Under the pieces are notes generated by a model. The model was not told where the DNA came from and did no database searches. It saw only the letters and a list, made by a program, of their open reading frames with translations. DNA of 62,303 nucleotides, filler included, from Dimargaris cristalligena (Eukaryota): NCBI GenBank assembly GCA_003614675.1. It is 6 parts of 6 records of this genome, joined end to end, with 100 filler letters (N's around TTAATTAATTAA, not from the genome) between each part and the next. Parts side by side here need not be neighbours in the genome. Positions count along the whole stretch, not along the records: positions 31,288 to 41,590 come from ML003200.1; positions 41,691 to 51,957 come from ML003201.1; positions 52,058 to 62,303 come from ML003202.1; 3 more parts are not named here. The stretch is one strand, 5' to 3'. Of the stretch, positions 37,248 through 52,420 are shown piece by piece. Both the position numbers and the translations under genes were made by a program. The stretch's first letter is position 1. The number at the start of each line of letters is the position of its first letter.

Positions 37248-38024
37248 GAAGCAGTACCACCCTCACACCCATTTCCCCGAGTTTCATTCGATGGGTCCGA
37301 CGATATTCATTATTTTGGCCTTAGCTGTTTCTGGACCCGTTGTTCCAGCTCCTTTTCCTTCTTAAATTACGTTTAATTCACTTCCGATACCTTACGTATT
37401 TTCCAAAATACCCCGCTTATATTACCCGATGGCCCCCTTTTCAGCCTATATTTACTGAACCGAGAGGTTCATTTTTACAATAAATGCAATGCTCCAACTA
37501 CTGAGACTGCCTGACTTATGAAAGGTAGCGACTGCCGTTGGAATCAAATAGTACTCATTATACCAATATAAACCGACATCGTAGACCTTGGACTATACCA
37601 CATAAGCGGGTTCTATTCCGTATGGGCTGGCGTGTCATAAAGCTTTCTGCTCCTCGAAGTAGGATTCCGATTCCGCCTGCAGTATCCAAATATAATGAGT
37701 TCTTTTCCAATTACCTGGGATTCGTAAGCACATTTCCCACCAAAGGACCCATGTCTATAATCACTCTTTCCAAGCTCTAAACAGAGCTTTATCTATCTGG
37801 CTTAGTTACCTTATAATCACGTGCTCGCCTACGTAGATAAGGGTACACCGCCTATACAGGGGGAAGGGGCCCGCAAATCTTACTGGAGAGCAAGCGCTGA
37901 ACCAATTCCTAAGCTATACTGAATGCACCTAATGGACAACTCCCCCTTTTATGTTCGACTATTACCACCACCACCCCCTTTTTCATTTTCACCACATTCA
38001 TAAAAATACAATTCACTAGACACT

Positions 38025-38747
38025 ATGTTTTTCCGCGTTGCCCCTTCCAGCCAGACTGCCCAACGGCTAACGGCCCTTGCTCGTCAGTCAGCCGCACATC
38101 GGCGGCAGAGCGGGTCACTGGCAACGAGTGCTGTGCCGGTTTTAAAGGGCTGGGGCCTAACTCGGTCTCTATCGACTTCCTCAGACCCGACCCCTTCCGC
38201 CAATAGTACCACCAACCAGTCCGAATCAACAGAGGCCTCCTCCACCTCCCCTTCCACTGAGCACCGGCAACCTAAAGTGATTTATGACCCCGTGTTTCGT
38301 TTTCCTCTATCCAGCCAGGCCATAACCGATTCAGCAGCCGCCGGTTCCGCCATTACCGCCGAGGCCAGGGGTACCGCTACTTCTCCCAACAACAGCGACC
38401 ACGGCCACTATAGTGATATAGATGAAGGCCCCACCCGCGTGGAACGCACCGGGGAAACGCTGGAAAGCCAACGCAAACGCATCATCTACCAAAGTCGAAA
38501 GCGCGGTATCCTCGAAAACGACCTCTTATTGTCCAATTTCGTCCAGCGTAACGTACCCCTCTACAACGCCGCGCAGTTGCTGGAGCTGGACATGATTTTG
38601 GATATGCCCGACTGGGACTTGTATTATTTTATGACCGATAAGCAGGAACCGCTGCCGGAACTCTTGGTCAAGAGTACCATCTGGCCTAGCATGAAGGCGT
38701 ATGTGCGGGAAAAGCGGACGTCGGTGCTGATGATGCCCGCACTTTGA
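38025..38747 (+). CDS. SDH5: Succinate dehydrogenase assembly factor 2 (Sdh5/SDHAF2), mitochondrial
   Basis: Arg/Ser-rich targeting peptide; RKRIIYQSRKRGILENDLLLS (RGxxE motif), DWDLYYF, C-terminal MPAL. Confidence 0.93.
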   Translation: MFFRVAPSSQTAQRLTALARQSAAHRRQSGSLATSAVPVLKGWGLTRSLSTSSDPTPSANSTTNQSESTEASSTSPSTEHRQPKVIYDPVFRFPLSSQAITDSAAAGSAITAEARGTATSPNNSDHGHYSDIDEGPTRVERTGETLESQRKRIIYQSRKRGILENDLLLSNFVQRNVPLYNAAQLLELDMILDMPDWDLYYFMTDKQEPLPELLVKSTIWPSMKAYVREKRTSVLMMPAL

Positions 38748-40690
38748 TCGGAGGTAGTACCCAACCGAAGCGTGTATGTAGGTGTGTGTTCGTTTGATAC
38801 GCAAATAATCTAGTTAGAATGGCTGTCCTGGACAATGTGTTTTTATCCTTTGAAGCTTTCCTATAAAACCTACACGGATTGATGTACTCACCCTGTTTAC
38901 CTGATTAACGACACATTTCTAATGGGAACCCATGAGATATCCAATCCGGCTTTTAGGGATTTGGTTTGAAATGCCTGGGGGAGAAGCAGTACGTTTGGTC
39001 GTGTTTGGAAGAATCTACCAGCTTAGACTGTTTATTAAGCAGTGGCCGTAATGGCACCATACATCTCCTTTGCCCAGTGGTTATCGTGCCAAAGTTAGGT
39101 TATCTTCCTGAGTCGCTGCGGCCTCTAGTACACACTGTGTGAACTCTGTTGAATGATAGTTATTGGAGAGCTATAGAATATAACCTAGGAAATAGCGCCT
39201 TTACAGTGAATACTCCTTCGTTAGTTTTGCTCGGTAGGAACAATGCCATTTTGTTAGGAATGATCCTGCCTGGAAAGCAGGCCAAATCTTAACTGAGCGG
39301 AATGGCAAAAACCATTGGTGTATTATGGCTAAAACAAACTAACCAGTGGGCTGTGGAAACATGCCATTGGGGCTATGGTGTACCAGTCATCTCGGGGATG
39401 AACAGAGGGGCAAAGATGATGAATTATAGTGGGGGAGACAAATAGGCCAGCCAGCGGCAACGATGGTGGTCTACTAATACGAAAAAAAATAGATGAAGTA
39501 GAGTGGCCGTGGAAGCCCTTTTGGAAAACGGAAGTGAGTAGATGTTGGTTTATTCCAAAGTATTGTAGGGAGCAGACGAGGTAAACAGCGGCTAAGTAGT
39601 ACCAATCCAGCAAACGATTATCAAGACCTCTCATGGCGCATTTGATCACCAATACGAGATTACTGCCAGTGCCAGTTCTCGGCCTTCACTCCCACCCGCC
39701 TTGAAAGTAACCGGGGGTGTCCATATAAAGATGCACCAGTGCCTCTCTCAACCATTGGACTGATTTAGCGGATATTCTGAGTCTCAGCATTCTCCCTCGC
39801 TGCAGGTACGGCAACGGGGCATTCACGCTGAATGGGGACGAGTAATGGACTTGGTGAATGATCCCCCGGTTATTAGGCGGTGAGACCAATCCCACTGACC
39901 CCACGTGCCTGCCTTTTGTTAGACATCCGAAAATTAAAGGAATGTCACTGAGGATTCTTTTTATTACCGTACTAAAAATAACCACAGGTATATGTTATTT
40001 GTTTTCGGCTCGTTATTAAACCATGCTTCCGCACAGGCTTTGGGAAGGTTAGTACTACGGCCCTCGATGATCTTGCAGCCTCCCGGGAATAAGGCTGATC
40101 ATACTGTGATTGATGAACGAGACACTGGCGGACAGTCATTCTTCCTTAGATTAATACCAAGTGTCTTTAGGCGTGGTGTTGCTGATCCGACTAGGAGGGG
40201 AAGAGGGAATGGCAAAGTAAATAGTGGCAGCGATAAAGAGACCGGGTAAATTTTCAACTTTCTCTCTCCTTTTCTCTCGCTAAAGCAGCGAGAAACAGGC
40301 TTAACCATGTTTATCCGTTCGTAGTGGAACATTCCATATTACAGTTATCCTGCTGGCCAAAGTAGACTGATTTGCAGAAAACAGGCAAGAGGGGTGAGGC
40401 TTCTAGACAAGAGCGAAAAATTGTCTACTTTGTAGCCCAAGGATCGTCACCAAAGAGTCGAGATGTAAGTCTCTGTATTATCAGCTTGAACCGTGGCGGC
40501 CATGTGGCCATCGTGCAATCGGCAGAGGTAGAAAGACGGGACGGCATTCCCAAAACATATTTCACTTAAATCTCTCTACACTACTGCAATAGAGAACAGC
40601 AGCCTGAATAGTAGGGAAGCTAGTGAGACGGTTTTTTTAAAACTGCCCATCTAATGAATAACGGCCACCTATACTCCCTTTACAGAAAAG

Positions 40691-40696
40691 TATAAA
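40691..40696 (+). promoter_or_regulatory. TATA box of the small secreted protein gene
   Basis: TATAAA ~130 bp upstream of CCACCATG at 40820. Confidence 0.5.
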
Positions 40697-40819
40697 CACC
40701 ACTTGGCAGCCCGCTCTTCTGGTAGCAGTATCCACCCATCCGCACTTCATCTAAAGCAGTTCATTACAACTCATCTCATTCTATGTTTTCCACTTACCTG
40801 AATTCCCACCATATCCACC

Positions 40820-41041
40820 ATGCAGTTTACCTCATTTTTCAAGGCCCTCTCCATTGCCATTGTCACTCTTTTCGCTGTGGCCCAGGCCAACCCCGTTAAT
40901 GGTCATTCTGACAGCTCTGCTGCTCATGCCCAGGGGCTTTTCCGCAGTCAACTGACGGGTGCAACTGCTTCGGTTGGAAAACGATTCGTATCTTCAAAAG
41001 AGCCCATTTTTTGGCCAACCTTTTATCATAAACATCAATAG
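40820..41041 (+). CDS. Small secreted protein / prepropeptide (73 aa)
   Basis: Typical fungal signal peptide MQFTSFFKALSIAIVTLFAVAQA|NP, strong Kozak context, and a KR site before the last 18 aa. The 3' structure is uncertain because of a possible intron at 40988-41059. Confidence 0.7.
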   Translation: MQFTSFFKALSIAIVTLFAVAQANPVNGHSDSSAAHAQGLFRSQLTGATASVGKRFVSSKEPIFWPTFYHKHQ

Positions 41042-41590
41042 ACTGGTTTCTCCTTCCAGCTCCTGCCACTCCACTTCGGCCTGATTTTATTAAGTCATAG
41101 TAGCCTTACCCTACCTAGCATGCTCAATCAGACATCCATATCAATAAAATCTCTATGCGTAATCCCCATTAAAGACGAGCAGTATCTCAATCTGCCCATT
41201 ATTTCAATTAATAGTATGAATGAGCACAGTTCTCACTCAATTGTTTGCTCAGAGTGTTCGGGCAGGAACCATTACTCCATCATAAGTCCCCCACTAATCT
41301 GGGGCCATAACTGCACCATAACAAACAATCCAGTTTAAGATGTTTTCCGATTAAATCACCAATTTATTCTGATGATAAATAAGTAGATAGTGCAACCATC
41401 TTATCATTGATTACTGTGCAGGCTTCTCTCTTTCATAAACACCAGACCTTCTGGATTATATTTGTGGACCCATTCTACAAAAACTACAATGCCTCTTAGG
41501 ATTATGTACAAAGGGCCCCCTGAATTTTATGCTCACACATGCCTACTAGTAATACGTAGTTACCTACACATGTTAACCAAAATCTTAGAT

Positions 41591-41690
41591 NNNNNNNNNN
41601 NNNNNNNNNNNNNNNNNNNNNNNNNNNNNNNNNNTTAATTAATTAANNNNNNNNNNNNNNNNNNNNNNNNNNNNNNNNNNNNNNNNNNNN
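41591..41690. other. Artificial contig spacer
   Basis: N44-TTAATTAATTAA-N44. Confidence 0.98.
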
Positions 41691-44600
41691 CTATAGTGCT
41701 ATCAGAGCCCAACGGGGGGGGGGGGGGGGGGGGGGTTGGCTCCAGTGTAACCCCACCCGAGTGGACCGTATCTTTTCCCCTTTTTTCAATTCTGCGCATC
41801 GCTTTCTCAACCCATCATCAGCTGGTAAATTTCTCTTTTTAGTTCGCTGGTCGTGAGGGTTTCTGGTTAATGGTTTCGAAAGATAAAGGGATTACTACTG
41901 ATTTTATCTGGGGCCAGGTCTAATAGGGCGCGTCTGACTAATCAGCCGGGTATAGATGGGTAAGATGCCTTGGGTTATCGAGAGTGTGCGAGCTGATCGG
42001 CCTGATGAGATTGAATTAGGTGGGACAATGACAAGCTAAACCTCCGGTAGTTTAGCCTACTTTACCTAAAAAACCAAATCAAAACAATCCCGCTTGATTC
42101 ACTATAGATAACCGAGATATCGGCAAGGGCCATCGATCAAATTTCCGACACCACACATGTGGAATTACCAGGTCGGTGATGAGCCTGATAGTATGAGTTT
42201 CCAGATATAGAGGGTATGGCACGAAGGGCGGTAGGCGTAGAGGGGGAAGGACGGTGCCCGTGCAGGGCTGGAAAGCGACGACTCCTGGCAACTTATTTTA
42301 GAAAGGGGGGTGGTTAAGCCATCTAAGGCCCACCCCAAACCCTTTAATACTATTGTAATTTATGTAATGGGTCTGTGAATATGCTTGCGGCCACGCGGGC
42401 GTTGAGTGCCCTTGTGTATTTCGTTAGTTCATGAATGCCCCATTAAAAATAAGTTTTATGATATAAGATTCCTATGCTTTACCTAAACCACTATTAGGGC
42501 TTTGCCATACTATCTTTCATTGCTAAATCAGGAAAGCGCGAGGGCGTGCCACCAAATATCAGGGGTGCTGCCCCCTCGAAATTACTATCGAATTTAATGC
42601 ACATGTCTGGAAGGTGAATCGTGCCACCTTTACCATGGCTCAACGTGAACTCTAACAAACTGTTTGAGGAGCCCATTTCCACTCTACCGATAGTCAATCA
42701 TCGTTTACCTCACCCCTCCCCTTAAGCAATCCTTATTGTCGAGTCAGGAAGGTATATGTAAAACCGAATGGGCCAACTGCGACCACTTTGCTTTGGCCAG
42801 GCGTCGGTATAGCCCAAACTGCTCCCGCTTGAGGACTATTTGATAACTACGCGCGATACCATAGCCAGTAGTCCATCACGAGACATACTTTCCCGTTGCC
42901 AGTGCTTCCCCTATTTTGTCTCTACGAATTCCTTGCGAATGATAAAAAGTGGCAACCCAAGGAAATGCGTTGGAGAGTAGAATCCGCTTAGTACAACCGC
43001 CATGTACAACGGCATCGACTGAAGGGCTCTATCATTCTCCCGCCGGTCTTTATAGACTGGTGGTCTAGTCGGAAAGTACTTCATCTGATCACCTTTCATT
43101 TATTGTTTTGCCCGGAGGGATTTGTAATTCAATCCAACTATCGCGGATATTGGTTAGTGACTTGCCATAATTTGAGACGACATTACTATTTTTAGGCAAG
43201 CCTTACCTTGTTTGATGATAGGTGCCTTCCCCCCGTAACGCCAGTACCGAATCCCTTCATTCCCGGGACAATAACCGCCTATATTGCTCGCTGGACCGGA
43301 CCAACATTGCGGTCAAACATCCCCGCCACTCCCCTCCCCAAGAAGAATATTCCCAAGTACAGCCATACCCGCTTCCTTGCCTATTACCTAAGCAGGAATG
43401 TACCACTCCCATGGTCCATTCCCAACGCCGCACCTTGGTTATAAACTAGAATTAAAATTAGTGCACGGGGTAAATGTTTATTTAAACACGCGCTAGTAGT
43501 GGGTCTTTCAGCAAGGGGCCCGGTGGTATCTTGCCATTGTGACTTGGGGTGTGCATGAAGTTGAGATAGTTCTAGTGTTCCATTGGGCTGTTACTTATTT
43601 CCAACCATACTCTTCCTCTCTTTCCTCCTCTCCTGATTGCCGCCTCAAAATGAAGGGTACCGCTAAACACTCACCCTTCCCCCTCCCTCCACTTTCCCGA
43701 GCAGTCTCACACCATGAAACGACAGACTGAGAAAATGAGGCAAATGGTCTTTCCTTTCTTCCTTCCTTCCTTCTCCCACCTGGTGCCGCCGGCGTGCCAG
43801 TGGACGCGCTGCGCTTGTACGCTCAGCTGACCGGTTCGGGTGGCACACTGACCTTAGCCCTTTGGTCTCCGGCTCTATTCTTTGGCTCTCTGTACATTTT
43901 ACCATTTCCTTCTTCTTTTTCGTTGGCACTTTTGTTCGCGCTTCCTTTGGTTCTCAGTGGAGAAAGCCCCGGCCACTCCGGGCTCGTGGCTCCACCGATT
44001 TTGTCGGGTTGTTAAAATAATGACCATCTTAATATTAATAGTGTATTTCCTCAATAATTTCTGGATTGGGGATAGGTGCAACTTACACGTACTGCCGTCA
44101 CAACAGGAAAATGCCGAACACAGCGGGGGTAGAACTCGGCCACAACTTAAGCTACATGAATTGTATTTGAAAATGTATTTATTATACCTAAATCATTTCA
44201 CCACCTATGCGACCGTGTGTGTTGAAGGCTTGGTTCGGCGGAATGTCTAGAGGATTTTATGACTAGTCATCTTAATTTTCGACCGTGCTTGCAATTAAAT
44301 TTACAGATAATTTATTCTTTTTGGGTCGGCCTCCAGTTTTGGGAAATTGTGGCGCAGTTATGCATGTTTCCACTATAATCCCCCTATTTTTGAGATTATA
44401 AAGGCTAAATACGTAGACTAAACGTGCACCTCCTTTACCTATATCGGTTGCAAAAATGGTTAATCGTGGTATATAATTAGTAGTCCAACTAAGCAGGATA
44501 TCTACCCTAGGATACGAATTACGGTCCAAAAATCGAATAGTTAGCAATTCACACCAAGTCAATTTTACTTTTGCAATCATTTATTTTGTTTAGAGACAGA

Positions 44601-47116
44601 TTTTAGTTTTACATTGGGTGTAGTTCATTTCTTCTTGAACCTAGTTGCCCCTACCCCGGCTGGGCGTTACAAATTTGACATTTGGGCAAGGTCGTAGACG
44701 CAAGGAGTCTAAACAGTTACTCCTGACGATGCTAGGGGAAGAAGAGGCCAGTATCTCTGGTGATTTGCTCTCACCAATCTCCCCCCCTCAGACATACCCG
44801 ATTCCATACTAAATTGGCTGTTCTCACGTATAGCTATTGGCCACTGCGACTCTTGGTGCCCAATGCTATTATAGTTGTCCGTTCGTCACCGAGCCTCAGC
44901 TGTGACTTCTCTTTTACAATCCGCTTCCACCTATTATCTTTTTCTCGTCGCTGAATAGTGGTGGTAGGACCGTTGGGGGAGAGTATAAAGTCATATGATC
45001 TACTACGGTGAATAACCCAGTCACTCCTTTAGATTTCGTTGGGGAGTTTTACTATATAACCAACCCGAACCCTATTACGTATATTAAAGTCCTCTGGGCC
45101 CTGTCAATTTTCCAAGCTGATGAGTGGGGTGGGACCCGGCCACCTGAAACGTCGCTCAGACATAGGTGGAAAATTTGGCTGGGCTAACCTCCGGCCGTCT
45201 TATTGTTACACACTCCAGGTCGCCGCCACTGTGTGGTGGTGGGTTCTCCACACACTCGTATCAAACAGCAGCCCCGTTCGCTTTTTAATTTTTATATATT
45301 CGTGATCCCAAAACAATGGTCATGGAGCTACGTCCCCTTCCGCTCACTCCTATTTCGAGTGCGTCCTTTTGTTGGTGACTTTCTCGATACGGCTCCATAA
45401 CATTTTATTTGGTTTTTTACTCAATCAGCCAGTATTAATACTTCACTGGCTAAATAGACTGCTAATTGACCGACTAAAGTGGCCATATCCTCCATGGCAC
45501 GTCAGGCTTGGATACTCACGCGAGTCCACAGCAGGAATGCTAAGAGTTCACTCCAGGGTACCTGCGATATAGGTATTTATTTCTGGGGACTACCTAATTA
45601 TGGAAGGTCGTTACTTCGTGGCTGAATCATCCGCCTCAAGTTATAGTTAGCAGAGAGAAATGAGGCTTCAAGTACGCCATTCGCCCCACCCACCGAATTT
45701 CCTTGGTTGTATCCATCCGAACACCCGAGGCTGAACTGTACAACCTCACTTGAAGGCAATGTGGGAGACACTATCCTTTAATGGTCTATGAGGCCGTCAA
45801 TTTTACCTAGTTGTAGTTAGGCCAAGATAACTGGAGGCAATGGTTCAATCGAAGAGCCGGTTGAGCATCTCAGTTAAAACAGAAACCAATTCAACGAGTC
45901 CTGTCTTTTTTTACCTTGCGTACTAATAATGTGAAGTTAATGCCTGAAATTGGCTGGCGGTTATTTAGTAGGGGATCTGTAGTTGACTAGGGGGGTTGCC
46001 TTCTCACAGCTCCATAGGTGATATCGGAGTGGGGCGGGGGCATCGGTCAAAGAGTACGCGTCATCTATTGACTATGGATGTTGGACGGCATCCATCAAGA
46101 TGTAACACTGTGGGGTAAGGTAAATGAAGCGCATATCTAATGAAATGCGGGCAAATCGTAGGCTCAGAAACTGCTCATGGCTAGTTGGATTAATGATGGA
46201 CCTACGTGGTTATTATTCTGGTAGGTATCCCCTCATGTGAGAAAAATGTTCGATTGGTATAGCACTGCAATGATTTTAACCCAGTAATAGAGGGTTTTCT
46301 TACCCAATACTAGCGGGTAACATGTTTCCTCTAGGAGTGGGACGTCTACTCTTTCCCCCATACTTCCCACTGAGGACTTCTCCTGAAGGTTTATCTCTTT
46401 TTTTTTTGAATGGCCAAATCGGGATATGATTTTGGCATTCAATTTACGCTGAAATTCATTATCTACGGCTCTAAGAACGCAGCGCCACGAAACTAACAAG
46501 CCAGGGACTAGTCCTATATTTCCATAGTGAAGGCCGATGGGGGGAGGGGTGGGTAGAGTAGCCTCCCCCCTGTTTAGGGCCCAAGTGTGCCCATGGCGGG
46601 CTATTGTAGTCGGTAGTGGTGGATCGAGCTGGATGCGTGGCATTGTCGATGGTACACCCCCTTCATTACTCCACGTATAGCATCGGCCAATTTACACTAT
46701 AGTGCCGATTGGGCTGGCCCTGAGAATAAAAATGAAATGAAAACAATTGGGAAAAATACAAATATCGAATTTCACGGTACAGAAACGGCGATTGGACTCC
46801 AATTTTGATTACTGGTTTCAAATGCCGCTCAGCCAACCAATCAACCAACGGTTCTCAGTATATGAGCAGAATCAGGCAAGTGCTGATTGCGTGTATAAAT
46901 AACTAGGTTCTAGTTGCCCGGGTTGCAACATTCGTCACCACAAGGGAAATAGTTTTCCCTCTGCCTTTGACCCTGTATTAATTATCCGCTAGACTTTACC
47001 GTAGAGCCTCTGTGTGGGCCCCCATAACCTATTATCTCGTTTCACCCTTCCTGCCGTGTTACTCCCCTCCCTCCCTCTCTATATCACACTTTTTGCCCTA
47101 CTCGCCAGCTCCTTAA

Positions 47117-47280
47117 CCCCCCCCCCCCCCCCCCCACCTTTTCCTTTTGTTTCCCCCCCACACACATTAGGGCCCGCCCCCCGTTGCCGCCCCCCCCCGC
47201 CCCCGCCCCCCCCCGCCCCGACCCCCCTCCCCCCCCCTCTATACCCCCCCCCCCCCCGCCCCCTCACCCCCCCCCCCCCC
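47117..47280. repeat. Poly-C low-complexity tract upstream of HEM15
   Basis: Many C runs up to 19 nt. May be partly sequencing error. Confidence 0.8.
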
Positions 47281-47309
47281 ATTGCCACCATTTGCTTGTG
47301 ATTTCCACC

Positions 47310-49153
<1,844 letters not shown>

Positions 49154-50021
49154 TCTACCAGTTGCTATTGAGAAATTATAAGAGAGTATTTATCCCCACC
49201 GCCCCTCCCGAATTTGCTATTAATTCGTAACTACAGTGTTATTTCTAATCGCGCCACCCCTTATTGTCAACTAATAGCGCATGCTCGAAACGACATCTTT
49301 GAAGTACCTAGTAATATAAAGCCGGTCCGAAGGTTGTAAAGTTATATTAGCTTATCAAATGGTCAACACAGGGGCATCCATAAATTAATTAAACAGGGGA
49401 ATATTGGAAGAGAGGATACCATTATGTAATGTATTAATAAGTACCAACAGTTAGTTGGATTTTTGTAATAATCAAGGTAAGTTGATGTCCCGAAAGTGGG
49501 GCGATTGGCCCAAGATAATAAAATCTGTAAGATTGACATACTAATCGTTAGAAATTAATTTCGCCCAAAACCTTGGTTTTATTGAGAAAACATTGGCACT
49601 TCACTGGGGAAGTTCGTTGGCTAGATATGTGGGGGTATCAAATAGTTGGCTATTTTATTAATGTATAACTATAGGAATTGGCACGGCGTTATATATCTGA
49701 TTAGACTTAGCATATAGGCATTAGACCCGCACATAATGCGCTGGGAGACGCTGTAAGAAGACATACTAAAAATATAGACGATAAATAAACCGGGATAGCG
49801 AATAGAGTATATAGAATATGTAAATAGAGAGAAGGGTATGGGAGAGGATAATATCAGTGACTGAGTTTCCACGCCTCATTGACGAAACTATACTTTAGTT
49901 GCGCCTAGAACCGAGGGATGGGCGGGCTATAAGTACCTTGATTGTTAGACACGGCACAATTTGGTTGACGCCCATGAAGAGCTCCTCGTCTCTATTGCAA
50001 GCTGTGTCGTTGGGCAGCAAA

Positions 50022-51009
50022 CTATTGTCCAACCTGGCAAATGTCGTCGGGTTTCCACGGCCCCAAGTCCGTAAGCTCACTTCTGGCCGCTTTGTCAAAC
50101 TCTGAAATGATAACCGGTACGCCCATGGTGAGTTGGCCTTCTTTTACCACGAACCGCAATTGCTGGAGTCGACTGGAAGTTTCCGGGTCAGCCTTTCGTT
50201 CTTTTTCAGATGGTTGGTCAAACATAGCAGACTTGCATTCCTCCTTGTTTTTCTCCTTGTCTTCAAGGTATTTCGCGCCCTCGGCCAAGCCAAGCCGGCG
50301 CAAGTCAAGGACTACATCGCAATTCGAGACATGGGCGGCATAGTCAGATGACAAGTGGTCGATCATGTCATATTTACGAGTCATGGCCAACAGTAGGTAG
50401 GCCAAAGGTTTGAGCTTCTGAAGGGTTGGGTTGCTGGGGATGGTGGCGAAATAATCCTTCAAAATATCCCGAAGTTCGCTCACAAAAATCACCAAGTCGC
50501 TCGCCTTGTTCATAAGGGCCAATCGGGCCATGATAATGGCGGCCACGTTCTCCAAAAAAGCCCGGTAATTAAATTCGAAAACACTCCTAGGGCCCGCATG
50601 CTTCCACAGAGCAGCTAGATTCGCCAAGGGGTCTTCCTTCCCATAACCCCGGGTGGATTTCACCCTGGCCCAGTCCCGCTTAACGAGTAATTCAAATGAA
50701 ATATCCGTTAGCGTTTTGAAGGCCGAAACGACGTCCTTGACGTCAGCGAAAGAGTCCACCAGGGCCAGGAGCGGCAGTTGCTTGGTCAATTGCCTTGATT
50801 TCTTTGGCGGCGGCTTTCTTACTAGAGATGTAGTGGCTTAAGGGGGGATATCCACCGACACCTTCACCAACATTGGCGGATTTTAAAAGACCACAGGCAT
50901 TTATCCAGAAACCAATGGCAAGCTGATGATGGAGCAACATTTGCCAGGGCTTAAATGTATTCTCGACCGCTAGGTTGAAAGTGGGGTTAAATGTTAAACG
51001 CCAGGGCAC
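50022..51009 (-). pseudogene. Orphan alpha-helical protein, apparently frameshifted near 50790 (pseudogene or assembly indel)
   Basis: A 255-aa protein-like ORF (50022-50789) has no ATG start and overlaps an upstream frame (..YISSKKAAAKEIKA) that would join LTKQLPLLALV by a single indel. No recognisable family. Confidence 0.45.
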
Positions 51010-51957
51010 ACTTTCCTCAGCTTTAATCGGATACAGCTTCTAAATCTTGTCTACGGTATAGCAATTATAGGTTTTCTGGGCAGCCTTAGGTTGTCTGAGG
51101 TGTTCCCAGGTGTGGATAGAATGCAAGTTGTGTATAAATAACACCAGTTAGTTTTATTTTAGAAAAACTACAGCGTGTCCCAATGGGTTTTTTTTTACTT
51201 GAAATATGTGCTTGTGGCATAGATACGGATATGTCATAGACAAACCTAATATAGACGACCATAAAAAAGGGGCCGTTGATGCTGTAGGTCCACGGATTGG
51301 GGAGTAATTTGGTAAGCCCCATTAAACATCACCTGGCTCATTTAATCTGAGTTATGCCTTTCATCATGGGAACGACGGCTTTTGAGGCCGTGCACTGCTT
51401 TATTTAGTAATTTTATTCGTCCATATGGATGTTCATATCCATATATATGGATCAGGCCTGCCTCGTTGGTAGCCTTAGACCCTTTTGAAGCTGCAACTAC
51501 TGCGTTTTAAAAAGAGAGCCTGCCTTTTTCTTTATATTTCCTTATTATTTACTCATATAATTAAAACTGATTTATTTCATATATAAAACATATACACCGG
51601 GATATTTATACCACTACTTATATATAACTGACAAGTGTCTTAAATACGTTATGTCTGCCGATGATGAATCAACATCCTACCAATTCAAAACTTGACCCCA
51701 GGAGGATACCCAAGAAATCATCTCTGCACTGTCACAGTATGGTAGTGTCAAGCCACTAAAATGAACAACAAAATATATCAAAAAGGGCAGCGTGGCTTCT
51801 CCAGGCGAACTGGTTAGTCACTCTATGAAATTCTTTTAAAAATATAATACTTTTTATAATAAAATAAAACCAGTTTAAACCAAAGTAATAGAAATACCTG
51901 TTTGGAAGCTCAAAAGGACCATTTCCTTGGCAACCACAACTTCAGAGGCATAAAGAA

Positions 51958-52057
51958 NNNNNNNNNNNNNNNNNNNNNNNNNNNNNNNNNNNNNNNNNNN
52001 NTTAATTAATTAANNNNNNNNNNNNNNNNNNNNNNNNNNNNNNNNNNNNNNNNNNNN
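51958..52057. other. Artificial contig spacer
   Basis: N44-TTAATTAATTAA-N44. Confidence 0.98.
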
Positions 52058-52420
52058 CCCCGCCCCCGTGGATCCGCTGGCCCCCCAGGCGGACCCGCTA
52101 CCGGAGGCTGTGTTCGTGGCCGTGTTGCCGAAGCCGCCGCCACCACCACCGGTCGACCAGGCACTCCCCCCCGTGGTCCCGGTCTGGGCACCACCGAAGG
52201 ACAGCGGATTGGACGTGCCAGTGGCACCCCAAGCGGCACCCGCGTTGGTACCCGCGGGTTGGGCGCCGAACCCGGTGGTGGATCCGAATCCACCCCCGGC
52301 GTTGGCCCCGAAACCACCGGCGTTGGCGTTATTGGCCTGGCCAAAGGAGGAGCCGCCGAACGTGGAACTACCGCTAAAAGCGGAGTTTGTGTTGTTGTTG
52401 TTGTTGTTGTTGCCGAACAT
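52058..52420 (-). CDS. FG-repeat nucleoporin N-terminus (Nup98/Nup116-like; truncated by the contig end)
   Basis: MFGNNN start with many FG repeats (TFGG, SFGQ, GGFG, LSFGG) and WG variants in G/S/T/N-rich spacers. Confidence 0.8.

Noticed and set aside
46895..46932. tRNA T-arm-like GGTTCTAGTTGCCCGGGTTGCA
   Set aside because: No TTCRA loop, and no cloverleaf could be folded upstream.
47014..47309. Proline-rich and glycine-rich ORFs at the HEM15 5' end
   Set aside because: They are translations of the poly-C tract. The mitochondrial presequence starts at ATG 47310.
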